64,000 nucleotides of DNA. Origin: Flaccisagitta enflata. Lineage: Eukaryota. Under the pieces are notes generated by a model that was not told where the DNA came from, did not search any database, and worked only from the letters and a program-made list of their open reading frames with translations. Both the position numbers and the translations under genes were made by a program. Position 1 is the stretch's first letter. Each line of letters starts with the position of its first letter. Where the stretch lies: positions 46,066,001 through 46,130,000 of the forward strand of contig OZ231126.1 of the NCBI GenBank assembly GCA_965153355.1, read 5' to 3'. Of the stretch, positions 38,668-52,345 are shown piece by piece.

Positions 38668-39017
38668 CCGTATTTCTTGTAAATAGCGCCCCGGGCGCTT
38701 TTGAAATTGAAATGAAACATTGTTATTTTTAACCTGCAATTAGCGCCCCCTAGTCACTAATGTTTTAGAAATATTACATCAAAATTACCTTTTTTAACAA
38801 TTTTTTTTAGAATTCAAAATTGTTAATCACCAAAAGAGAGAATATTTTGTTGTATTACATCTAATTCTCATATGGTTTTTGCAAAAAAATGTAATTTCCA
38901 ATGAATTTTCTGTGATTTTTTTTCTCAAAAATCACTCTTATCATTAGCTCATTCTTCCATGGAAAAGGGGGGGGGGGCGCTGATTAGAGGGGGGGGCGAT
39001 AAATGCAAAAAATACGG
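38668..39017. mobile_element. Tc1/pogo-type MITE (related copy at 63085-63391)
   Basis: TA|CCGTATTT...AAATACGG|TA with internal TAGCGCCC motifs. Confidence 0.75.
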
Positions 39018-40110
39018 TATTCCGAAACGACGAGGTTGAAAGAGGCAGAATAAGATCCTTTGAAAATGAACATTCCTGGTAACTAGCATTACTTCCATCC
39101 ATTCTGACGTTAACAAAATTGTAGCCAAAATAATTAATCACAACCGATTGTGTTTAAGGGGACATAGTGGTGATTGATGACCCATACAATTAAACATTAA
39201 TGAACAAAGGTGTTTAAGGGGTGAAAGCTGCTCCCTTAACTAACTCAAGAACTTGAAATAAAATTCTGATTGCCTACTTCCCTTGTAAACATTGAAAATC
39301 TGACTATGGTTATTGACGTCTCTTGATAAAGGCTTTCAATGAGTGTATTCAAGATCCTCGGCAGGGTGCAGGAAATAGGTGATTTTACTATCAACTCCCT
39401 GATGCCTTATAGACATAAGTATTTCAAAGGTACCCAGGCGATTGTTTACTCCTTTGCTAATCAACCATGAAGTTAGTTTCGATTGGTCACTATCTGCACT
39501 AGTACAGGAATCAAGTACGAGTAATAGCATCAACAAATTTATCATCCACACTTTCACCTCAGACGATCACGCAATCAACGTAGCCATTTTGATCTTCCTG
39601 AAAAAGAGCTAGCAGAAAAACACTGGATACCAACTCTCTTCAATCCCACTGCGTTCTAGTAAAAGATATTTTTCTGACTTCTTTTTTTTTCTTTTTGTTC
39701 AACCCTACGAAGAAGTCTACTGAATCGGTTCAACAATGTTTTTTGTCAGCGCTGTTGATGGCCAAGAAGTTGAACGAATTAGTTGATGTCACATAGTTCG
39801 CTGCTTACTGCTTCTCATGAGTACTGTGGAACGGTAAATTACAAAAGCGAATAAGTATTAATAAATAGATGGACAATAAAACGAGCGAATGATAGAAAGG
39901 ATAACCAAATGAATCAGTGAATGAATGACTTTTCCAATGTTTGTAAGAATAAATTAGTGAATGAATGAATAAACAAATGAATTGCATAATAGACTTGGAG
40001 AGGCGATATGACGGTTGATAATTGTAGGTGAATTATTCCTTCAATCCAAAAGCGTATTACTGTGTTGTATAAAGTCGATCACAGTTAGCTTTTTTGGCGT
40101 TTTTGGCTGG

Positions 40111-42934
40111 TATATCGTCCCTGATTTTGGCCATGGTAATTAACAGTACTTTAACACCGTTAATTAACACTGTATAGATACCATGAAATTAACTAAGAAA
40201 AACATTTCTTTATTTTTGAGAAAATTACTGAAAATAGGTGCTGAAGGTTGTTGTTAATTATCAGGTACCTATATGCTGTTAATTAACATGCTGTTTTTGA
40301 TGTTAATTAACACCCCATTTTAGGCGTTAATTAACACAAAAAAAATATAGATTATTAACAAATTGTTAAAAATATACCATTTTTTGGTGTTAATTAACGG
40401 TTGAGATATGGTGTTAATTAACATGAAAAACAGCGGGTTAATTAACACAAAAAAAAATATAGATTATTAACAAATTGATTTTGTACCTATACGCTGTTAA
40501 TCAACATGCTGTTTTTGATGTTAATTAACACCACATTTCAACTGTTAATTAACCAAAAAAAATATAGATTATTAACAAATTGTTAAAAATATTCAATTTT
40601 TTTGTGTTAGTTAATGGGAGAAATGTGGTGTTAATTAACATCAAAAACAGTGTGTTAATTAACACAAAAAAGATATAGATCATTAACAAATTGATTTTGT
40701 ACTTACACACTATTAATTAACATGCTGTTTTTTATGGTAATTAACACTCCAATTTCATGCGTTAATCAACACAAAAAGATATAGATTATTAACAAAATAT
40801 TAAGAATATACAATTTTTGGTGGTTAATTAACAGTTGAAATAAAAAGTTAATTAACATCAAAAACATTATGTTATTTAACACAGAAAAATATAGATTATT
40901 TATCAGCTCAGACTTTTTAAATATAGTTGTTAAATTTACATGTTGTTTTTAATGTTAATTAACACCACATTTCACCCATCAACACCAGAAAAATATAGAT
41001 TATTATCAAATTGTAAAAAATATACTATTTCTTTGTGTTAATTAACAGTTGAAATGTGGTGTTAATTAACATAAAAACAGCGTGTTAATTAACACAGAAA
41101 AATATAGACTACTAACAAATTGATTTTGTATCCAAACGCTGTTAATTAACATGCTGTTTTTGATGTTAATTCAACACCGCATTTCACCTTGCCGTGATAA
41201 TCACCACAAAAAAATTTTATATTGTTAATATTTTGTTAATAATCTATATCTTTTTGTGTTAATTAACGCATGAAATTGGGTGTTAATTACCATCAAAAAC
41301 AGCATGTTAATTAACACAGAAAAAATATAGATTATTAACAAATTGATTTTGTACCTACACGCCGTTAATTAACATGCTGTTTTTTATGTTAATTATCACC
41401 CAATTTCATGCGTTAATTAACACAAAAAAATATAGATTATTAACAAAATATTAACAATATACAATTTTGGTAAGTTAATTAACAGGTGAAATCGGTTATT
41501 AACATCAAAAACAGCATGTTAATTAATGTTTTATAGCCAAAATCAATTTGTTAATAATCTATATTTTTCTGTGTTAATTAACACACTGTTTTTTATGTTA
41601 ACACCACATTTCAACTGTTAATTAACACAAAAAATGGTATATTTTTTTCAATTTGTTAATAATCTATATTTTTCCGGTGTTAATAACGCATAAAATGTGG
41701 TGTTAATTAACATCAAAACAACATGGGAAATTAACAGCGTATAGCTACAAAAATCAATTTGTTTGATAATTCCATATTTTTCTGGTGTTAATTAACGCAT
41801 GAAATGTAAAGCACTAACATCAAAACAACTTAATTAACAGCGTTTAGGTACAAAATCAATTTGTTAATAATCTATATTTTTCTGTGTTAATTAACACGCT
41901 GTTTTTTATGTTAATTAACACCATACTAACTGTTAAATTAACACAGTATGCATATTTTACAATTTGTTAATAATCTATATTTTTTGTGTTAATTACCTTT
42001 CATGAAATGGGTAATAATTAACATCAAAAATAAATATACAAATTAACAAAAAGCGTATAGCCACAAAATCAATTTTACATTAATCTATATTTTTTCTGTG
42101 TTATCATCAAATTGTTTTTGATGTTGATTAACCTACCTTCACCTGTTAATTAAATAATTTACCAAAAAATTGTATATTCTTAATATTTTGTTAATAATCT
42201 ATATTTTTTGTGTGTTAATTAACGCATGAAATTGGGTGTTAATTACCATCAAAAACAGCATGTTAATTAACAGTGTGAAAGTACAAAATCAATTTGTTAA
42301 TAATCTATATCTTTTCTGTGTTTATTAACACGCTGTTTTTTATGTTAATTAAGACCACATTTCTCCCATTGAATATATTTAAGAATTTGTTAATAATCTA
42401 TATTTTTTTGGGTTAATTAACAGTTGAAATGTGGTGTTAATTAACATCAAAAACAGCATGTTGATTAATAGCGTATAGGTACAAAATCAATTTGTTAATA
42501 ATCTATATTTTTTTTGTGTTAATTAACCCACTGTTTTTCATGTTGATTAACACCATATTTCAACCGTTAATTAACACAAAAAAATGGTATATTTTTAACA
42601 ATTTGTTAATAATATATATTTTTTTTGTGTTAATTAACGCCTAAAATGGGGCGTTAATTAACATCAAAAACAGCATGTTAATTAACAGCATATAGGTACC
42701 TGATAATTAACAACAACCTTCAGCACCTATTTTCAGTAATTTTCTCAAAAATAAAAAAATGTTTTTTTTAGTTAATTTCCTGGTACCTATATGGTGTTAA
42801 TTAACGACTGTTTTTACAGTTAATTAACAGCAGAAAACTACCGTTAATTAATGGTACTTTTTGCCTTAATAACACCTTTGTTAATCAGAGGTGTTAACGC
42901 CGCTAATTAACGCAGGGCAAAACGCCACGATATA
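40111..42934. mobile_element. Foldback-like palindromic element built from ~217-bp GTTAATTAAC-rich units
   Basis: Sequence from ~40175 is the reverse complement of sequence ending ~42790; short terminal IR TATATCGT/ACGATATA. Confidence 0.8.
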
Positions 42935-43753
42935 TCCTGCTTTTGGCGTTTTTGAGCGCTCCTGCCCAAATGCTTGAGTTAGACTTTTTCATCACTGCCC
43001 CTGCCCACCCACACGCGACTTCGGTAGCCGTGTATCCGGCCTTGTTACAGAAACAAGGCCGGATACATGACTACCCCAGTCGCGTGCGGGTGGGCAGGGG
43101 CCATAATTGAGGTCAGTGGAGCATTTGGGCAGGAGCAGTATGGCCAAAAACCCCAATAATGCCAAAAAAGTAAAGTGTGACGGACGGACCGACGGACGGA
43201 CCGACGGACCGACAAAGCGGGGTGTAGAGTCGCGTAGCACGCGACTAAAAAAACATATTGTCACGGATGGGCGGGCTGGGGGCTTAGAATCCTCATCCAT
43301 CACCCCCACCCAAACACACACATGCCTCAGATGCGCGTTTTCACACTTTACACGTTGTGCGTTACGGATGGACCAATGGACCAATAGACGTACCGACGGT
43401 CCAAAGGCTCGACAGATGAGAAAAGCCTCTGGTAGTGTCGTTACAGTGCTAGATGATAGATGATGTGATCATGTGAATCATATGATACACACAATAATGA
43501 ACGATTTGCTTCTGCTCAGTTTTCAGAGCAACAGGCTCAACAAGACGGGAATCAAATCTCAAAATCGAGGCGCTGACAGGCTCCTTTCAATTGAAGATAC
43601 GAAGAAGGAATATCATCAACATTAGGAGCGTGAGCATACAAAGCACACCAGATTACGATGAATGATCGCGGCGAACGCGGCGAAAGCAGGTGTCATAATT
43701 CATACAAAGTGATACAAGGAAAATGGGGTTATCGTTACAGACGATTGGCGCAC

Positions 43754-43795
<42 letters not shown>

Positions 43796-44527
43796 TTTCC
43801 GCTGTTCGACTCGATCACCATGGACCAACAGACGGACCAACAGACTGACGGACGGACAAAGCCTCTAATAGAGTTGCGTGTCCGCAACTAACAATGTAAT
43901 GGACCGGCTGATCGATAGAACCAGGTGTAGAGTCGCGTATCCGCAACTAAAAATGGTTAACAGAGAATTTGGGTCGGAGCAGTACCGCAAAAAACGCCCA
44001 CAAACACAAAAAAAAGCTAAGCGTGATAGATATACAGACCGACCGACCATACGACAGACATTGCAGATTCTAGTGTCGCGTGCACGTGACTAAAAACAAA
44101 TTTCAACTGAGGTACAGTACCGGAATCAAAGAACTGGTGATAAGGAGGGAAGCCATATCTCTCCAATTACAAGGATATGAGATCTGAAATTTTTCTGTGG
44201 TGTGCACCTATAGTACCCCCACCCCCCGTAAGGGTTTGGAGCTGTTCCGGGCATTTTTTGTTTTTGGTTGTCAAAAATTTTTTATTTCTTAAAATCACTA
44301 TTGTAGGCCTAAAAATTTGTTTCAAAATTTTATTTTTATGCTACATGTAGTCAATACCCAGAGCTACAAATTTCATTTTTTGAAAAATATTTTTGGCCAA
44401 TTTTTAAGGGAATGGCACTAAAAACAAAAATTTCAAAAATGGAAAATTGCTATATTTTCTAAAATAATTGGCTTAGTATAATAATTTTTGGTATGGGCGT
44501 AGTCCTGAGAACCTTTCTATGAGTATG

Positions 44528-47500
44528 ATTAGCAATTTAGAGAAAAGAAACTGTATCTCTGTAAAAGCACTTTGATAATTCATACTGTATTAAGAATTTG
44601 TCCTTCGTCAGTTTTCTCAACGTATTCTTTCTCCCTTTTTAAAAGTCACATTCCCTTTTGACTGGTCAATTCTCATTTTCTCCTTTTTGTAAGAATCACA
44701 TTGCCTTCTCAGTTTGGCGGCCTTCGTCTTTATTTCAGTCTTTATTCCAATGCCGCCTAAGAATAACAATTGCTGCTTTGTAAAGAATGTAATCTTTCTT
44801 TTTGTAATAATTCTTTTTTCTTTCTATTTTGTGTTTTCTTGTTTAATTGAAATTTGGAATGATTCACTTACATTAAATCTTTCGTAAAGAAAAGAACTCT
44901 GGACTTTTATTTCTCCCTTTCGTGGAAAAAAGGGAAATTGAATCTCTGCAATTCTCCGTCGATAAATTGTGGAAACAAAGACGCTTCATTCTGCAGTTTG
45001 GTTATAACTACAGATAGATACTTAAAAGAGATAAGATACCCTCTCTCTCCTCCAGAATCCCGCAACTCGACTACAATCATACTCCCGATTGCCCTGTTTG
45101 AAATTGAGCAACCTCAGCAAAATAAAAGGAGGAAATGATTTAAATCGAAACTCAAATATCTTCAATCAGCTTTATCTTCTATTATTTGTCATCCTATCAA
45201 CAGCAGGTTCATTATAACCAACCCCTCCATTTATTTTATGGCGTCCCTTCATTTGGATCTTCCAACTTTTCATCCAATTTCACAGTGGCCAGAATTGGAT
45301 GAAAATAGTCAGGCTGACTATTGTGATCACATAGGAACATATTTGTGCTGACTAGTGGTCATTGGAACAAGTGTACTTGACAGTCACTTGCAGGAGAACA
45401 AAACCATTGGTGCTTTTACGAGCCACTGAAGAAGAAAAGGTACTTTGCTAGTACCCAAGGAGACAAAGTGTGTTTACTTAAACACAAATTGAAAGTGGTG
45501 AATTTGGGCAGCAGGGACTAGGAAGTGGGTGGAATTTTGAAGTGGTGATTTTGGAAGTGGTGATATAGGAAGTGGAGAAATTGACCAATTCTCTCACAGG
45601 TGTTGAGATTGACCAGTTGGAAAATTCCTGGGGGAATCTGGTCTGAATATTGAGTCAATTGTACTGACCAGTTTATCTCACAGGGATTGAGATAAAGAAA
45701 TAAGCCAGGCAGGCTTAATTGGGAAGAAGGTCTTAAAGAATTGACCTATTTATATCTCACAGGGGTTGAGATAAAAAACAAGCCAGGCGGGCTTAATTGG
45801 AAGAAAGGTCTAAAGACCAATTTATATCTCACAGAGGTTGAGATTTATCAAAATAATCCAAAGTTGGATTTTCGATTGTGGAAGTTGATCTCAAAATTGT
45901 TTTAGCCATGGTTAACAGTAACTAGCTGTTACATGGACCTCATACAAGCTAAAACAAAGATTGCCGAATGGGAAAAAACTCTTTCTACGATAGAAAGACA
46001 GAAATTGAACCATTTGGTTAATAAAAGGAAAAAAGCTCAGAAAGAAGTTGATCACTTTATAAAAGAAGTAGAAAAATATTCACGAAAACATCCTGGAAGA
46101 TTTGCGCGAGCCATTCTAGGTCCTGTAACAACATTGTTGTCAGCAGAATTTCACACACTGAGTTCTTGTGTTGATGAAGAAGTAGAATTCTTCCCTGAAT
46201 CACTCCGAGAAGCTCATTCGAAAGTAATTGGTGATTACTCAACTGCTGCTATTCGTGCACTTGCAACAGGTGAAGAATTTGTGGAACGGTATAGACAATT
46301 AGAGAACGAAAGTGAACCTCACCCTCCTAGTGAGGAAGAGAGGGAAGAGATCCAGTTATCTTCAACTGAAGATTCAGATTCTGAATCTGCATTCAAATCT
46401 GAAGAGGAAGAGATAAACGATAACCCCCATTCAACCTCTACAAATCTTCACACCATGGATGCTATCACGAATTGTGAATCTAAACTTCCACAGGCACAGA
46501 AAGACCTGTTGGAAACGAAAAAATTGGAAAGAAGGTCAATCCGTGGTCAAATAACACGAACTGTCAACAAATTGACAAAAGATATAGACTCTGGTAAAAA
46601 GTTTTCCGTTGCAAATTCCAGAGCCAACCTCTCAGAGACTCTGAAAGAGTTGAGAAGAAAGATAGTGAAATTTGGGCATTTTATGATGATGATGCTATGG
46701 CTGCAGATATGGAACTAGGAGAGTCCTGGATTGAAAAAGCATCAGCTGCCATTACAGATGCCGATGAAATTCTAAATCCTTCAGTGGCAACCAACACAGT
46801 TCCCTCTCCCTCTACAACCCCTGCTACATCCCATCATGCAAAAACACCCAAAATAGAGAGCCCAAAATTTTATGGGAAATCTCCAGCTGAGTACCAAGCA
46901 TTTTGGAACTCATTCGAATCTCTCATTGATAAACGCACTGATTTGGCAAATGTGGAAAAACTCCTTTACTTAAAGGATGCTTGTGTTGGTGAAGCCAAGA
47001 AACTGGCAGATGGATACAACATAAACAATGTCAATTATGACCATTTCAAAAAATTTCTCAAAGAAATGTTTGGAAAACCCAGATTGGTTCAACAGTCACA
47101 TGTCAAAAACATTTTGAACCTCAAACCATTCGAAACCGACAACATCAAACCATTCCTTACAACCTTGGAAACCTCAATGAGATGTCTGGCTGAGTATGGC
47201 ATAGACATGGGCAATGGGTCTTGGATAATAGTACCCTTTGTTGAAGAACTCATGTCAAAGGAAATTTTGCAAAAATGGCGCGAGGAGATCAATGATGATG
47301 ATTCATTTTCAACAAAAAAGCTGCTGGACTTTTTGCATGAAAAACTGCAATGTTATGGCACAGCATCAGAGCAAAAAACTGATGCAAAAAACAAAGACAC
47401 ACTTGCAAAGACTCCATTGATGCTCACTACTGCGAGTAGAGAGGTGACATGCTTCTGTTGTGACAGAGATCACAGAATTTTCACTTGCGAAAAATTCAAA

Positions 47501-50500
47501 AAACTTTCACCAAAAGAAAGGTCCTGATTTATCTTCAAAAAGAAGCATTGTCAAAAATGTCTTTGATGCCAATTCACCAAAGATCGTCCCAAAGACTTGT
47601 AAGTCACCAATCAAGTGCAGAGTGTGCCAAAACCTCACCACACACTCCTGCACTGGGGAAAACCACCCATGAGTCATGATGCAAAGGCTGCATCTCCGAT
47701 ATCAACATTTACTGTTTCATCAACAAGTGTCTCCAAACCTGAGTCATCGCCAGCCGTGAAAAATTGCTGTAATTCACTTCACCATGCGCCTCAAAAGAAA
47801 GAGGGACTGACAGTTTTGAAGAACTTCAGTTGTTCCAGAGAAAGACAATTGACGATTCGGTCAGGCTGATGATGGTTCTCAGACCACATGGATTTTTCGA
47901 AAAACTGCAAAAATGTTGAAATTGCCCGTTGTAAGACGAGTGCTGCTTGCTGTTGCAACAGCATTTTCAGGTGAACACCGTGCACCTGAACTTTATGATG
48001 TGGTCAAGATCAGTCTTTGCACCAAGGATAATAGTTACTGTGAGATGGAAGCGGTGGTCTCTCCAGCAGAGAAACTCACAGTTGATATGGATGCACTCAG
48101 ACTTGATCCTTGCACAGAATATCCTCCCTTGGCGGATATTAAGTCTGCAGATGATTATCCACGTGATGCAACTGAAGTTGAGTTGCTAATTGGCAATGAA
48201 TATGCTGATCACATACAGACTGGAAACAAGAGAGTTGGCAACCCAGGAGAGCCATGTGCAATCCAAACTTTGTTTGGTTAGGTCTTATCAGGTAGTATAA
48301 GATAAAATGCTTCACGCTTTACATCAACTAACCTGACACAGGTTGTGGCATTGGAAAAAGACTTGGAGAAATTTTGGAAATTGGAAGAATGTCCGAATCC
48401 AAACTTCAAAATCAAAAATCTTGTTGATGAAAAGGTACATGAAGAGTTCAAGAAGACCATCACTTATGATGATGTGGAACTGAAAGAAAGTAATATGTCA
48501 AAATTCCTTACAAGGAAGAGGTGAAAAAGTTATCAGACAACTTTGTACCAACAAGCTCTCTGTATTGGAAACAGCAAGCCATCCTGGAAGAATGACCCAA
48601 AAAGAGCTACTGTTCAAAAGATTTTGATGAACAGTTTGATCTCGGTGTTCTAGAATTGGTCTCTGATGCTGACACCTGAAAGCGGAGGTGTCCATCACTG
48701 CCCTTGGCACTTGGCTTAGGCCAGGCCACCCAACAACACCCGTGAGGATTGTGAAAAATGCCTCATTCTATGGTAAATTTGGCATTTCCCTGAACAGCGC
48801 TTAACATGTTGGGCCAAATTTATTGCCAGATATTGTTGGATCAATTCTACGCTTTCGCTCACGAAAAATTGCATTCGTGTCTGATGTCAAAAAGATGTTT
48901 TGGCAGATAAAGATACCAGTTGAACAGCAAGACCTTCATCGCATCATCACACCCAAGGGGATAGCTCGCCAAACTAGTGTGATGTTCGGTGAGTCTTCAT
49001 CTCCATTCCTGTCCATGGCAACTTATGTATACTACGCTCAGCATGATGATATTCATCAAAAATTCCCAAAAGCTTGTGAATTTGTGGTACTCCAGCTCTT
49101 CTTGAACGATGTGCCTGGAGGATGCGATTCAGTTGATGATGGTGTTGATATTTCACCAAATCAAAGACTTTTGGGCCCTTACACATGAAAGTAATAATCA
49201 ACAGCAACAAATAAGGAGTTGTTGAGCAGGATTGAGGGGACTGATGATAGTGAAGAAGCCAGATTCTTGCTTGCAGTGGCACACAAATCATGACTCTCTC
49301 CGCGTCCCCAACAAAGAGTGGGACAAAACCCCAACCACCAAGAGGGAATTTTTGCAAAACGCTCTTCTGGGACCCCACAGGCAGGCTTCCCTCTATTCGC
49401 AAGGAAGATGATGCAGAAGATATGGCAACTAGGTTCTGATTGTGACCAGCTTCTATCTGATGAGTTGAAGCGTGAAGTGGAAGAATTCAGAAAAGCAATG
49501 TTGTTGACTTTGAAATTCCTCGGTTCTTTGGCAACCCTACTGTTCTTCACATCTTTGTAGATGCCAGTGAATCCGCATATGCTGCTGTTGCATATGCATT
49601 TTCTGAGATGGGCATTTGTTTTCTCATGTCAAAAGACAAGAGTAAAGCCCATCAAAGTTGTCTCACTCCCCGCATGGAGTTGCTGGGAGCAGTGTTAGGC
49701 TCACGCTTACTTGCCTTTCTCCACGAAGAAGTTTTCAAGTCTGGGATTGAGACTTTCTTGTGGACAGATTCTACTATTGCGCTTGGTTGGATCGAATCTT
49801 CTTCAGCACGCTACAAACCCTTCGTTGGGAACAGGATTGCGGAAATCCAACGAACATGCGGCAGTCATGGCGTAAAATGCATGTGGGTACCTGGAGACGA
49901 TAACCCGGCAGATATCCCATCCAGGGGAATTTGGCCTGATGAAACATAAATCTAAGTTTCTGATTGAAGGCCCTATCATCAAAACAGGTGATTGGCCAAA
50001 TCAGCCTGTGATGGAAAAGCCAGATATTGAACAAAGGAAAGTGGCTGTAAACATCACACAGGTTCGTGAACCTGTCATCAGTTTGGAACGTTACAGCTCT
50101 TTTTAAAAGCTGAAGTGGATCATGATGTACGTGATTCGCTTTTGTAGCCCTTTGGGGGCAAGAGTGAATGACTCGATTGCTCAACAGCGGAAAAGGGCAT
50201 TAGCAAAGCTCATCAGCCAAGAGCAAAAACCTTCTTCTCTGAAGAATATGACTGCTCTTCAGAAGAATCGTGCCATTCCACGAAACTCTCGATTGATCCA
50301 ATTCAATCCAATCTTGGAAGATGGTTTGATCAAAATGAGTTGAAGAGTGAACAAAAACATCATCATTCTTCCAAACACATCCCATCTCACCTGACTTCTC
50401 ATCAGAGATGTTCACATCTCAAATCTTCACACGGGATCAAACCAGACATTGGCACTTAAGCGCCAAAAATATTGAGTCATCAAAGGAATGACAACCGTGA

Positions 50501-52084
50501 AGGCCGAAACACAATCTTGCATGACATGCAAACGGATCAACAAGCCAATGTGTCAACAAATGATGGCTGATTTACCAGAATTCAGGAAAACGGCGTTGCC
50601 ACCTTTCTCTCATGTCGGACTGGATTACGCTGGACCTCTTCTCATCAAAACCAAGAGAGATTCAACTTCAAGGAGAAGCGTCTGATTTGCCTCTCATTTG
50701 TGCATCAACTGGTGTACATTTGGAGATTGTAAATGATCAGTCCACTGAAGAATTTTTGATGGCATTCGCGCGTTTTTCCTGTCGACGAGGAAAACCTCTC
50801 AACATCTACAGCGATAATGCTTCAACGTTCAAAAAGGCGGCGAAGGAATTGCCTGACGTGATTTGGCAATTCAATCCACCAGCTGCTCCTTGGTGGGGAG
50901 GCTTCTGGGAACGCCTTGTGAGAAGCATCAAAACTCCGATGAAGAAAGTTTTAGGACAATCTCTCATCACCGACAAGGAACTTGCGACGCTCATCATTCG
51001 AATTGAAGAGCAAATCAACTCCCGTCCCACCACCATAGTGGATGACCCGGATCAAGTCCCGCTTACTCCTGCTGAGATGCTTATCGGCAGACCTCTCAAC
51101 AACCGACGGACCCATGGCCGGGACATTCCTCCGTCCAAAACGGCATTTCTGCGAGACTGAAGTATCTCAAAAGTCTTCAGGAGATTGGACAAAACGATGG
51201 GTAAATGAGTACGTACCCACCCTTCAACCACGTCAAAAGTGGCATCAAGGATCGAAAAACATCACTCCTGGATCTCTTGTTCTTCTCAAGAAGGAAAATC
51301 TCAAACGTCATCTTTGGCCTTTAGCTAGGGTTAAGGAAACTCATGTAGGTCGTGATGGACATGTTCGTTCTGTCACACTTCAAGATAACAAAGGAAAAAC
51401 AATCAAGAGACCAATACAGAATTTGGTCTTACTCGAAGGGTGTGAAGATTAATTGTGATGTCTAACTTTTGTTTTAGATCAACGTCAATCAAATATTGAA
51501 TCAATTGTTGTATTTTTGTATTCTTGTATCTTTTTTGAAAAAACCTCAAATCGGTTTTTTGGGGCCGAATATAAAAAATGCAATTAGCAATTTAGAGAAA
51601 AGAAACTGTATCTCTGTAAAAGCACTTTTGATAATTCATACTGTATTAAGAATTTGTCCTTCGTAAGTTTTCTCAACGTACTCTTTCTCCCTTTTTAAAA
51701 GTCAAATTCCTTTCTGACTGGTCAATTCCCAATTTCTCCTTTTCGTAAGAATCACGTTGCCTTCTCAGTTTGGCGGCCTTCGTCTTTAATTCAGTCTTTA
51801 TTTCAATGCCGCCTAAGAACAACAATTGTTGCCAACAAAAATGTAATCTTTCTTTTTGTAATAACTTTTCTTTCTATTTTATGTTTTCTTGTTTAATTGA
51901 AATTTGGAATGATTCACTTACATTAAATCCTTCGTAAAGAAAAGAACTCTGGACTTTTATTTCTCCCTTTCGTGAAAAAAAGGGAAATTGAATCTCTGCA
52001 ATTCTCCGTCGATAAATTGTAGAAACAAAGACGCTTAATTCTGCAGTTTGGTTATAACTACAGATAGATACTTAAAAGAGATAA

Positions 52085-52154
<70 letters not shown>

Positions 52155-52345
52155 GAATCCCGCAACTCGACTACAATCACAATTCCCGATTGCTCCCGTT
52201 TGAAATTGATAACCTCAGCAAAATAAAAGGAGTGAAACTGATTTAAATCCTCGAAACTCAAATATCTTCAATCAGCTTTATCTTCTATTATTTTGTCATC
52301 CTATCAACAGCAGGTTCATTATAACCAACCCCTCCATTTATTTTA
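44528..52345 (+). mobile_element. BEL/Pao LTR retrotransposon copy B, chimeric and frameshifted
   Basis: 5' LTR 44528-45238 (about 12 bp clipped at start), PBS, gag-pol fragments 45933-51452 homologous to copy A, 3' LTR 51570-52345; no matching TSD pair. Confidence 0.93.
45933..51452 (+). pseudogene. Disrupted BEL/Pao gag-pol
   Basis: Series of ORF fragments colinear with the copy A polyprotein, broken by many stops and indels. Confidence 0.9.

Noticed and set aside
39030-39720. Degraded retroelement protease/gag-like sequence (LVLDSCTSAD)
   Set aside because: Single weak motif with many stops; cannot be supported without a profile search
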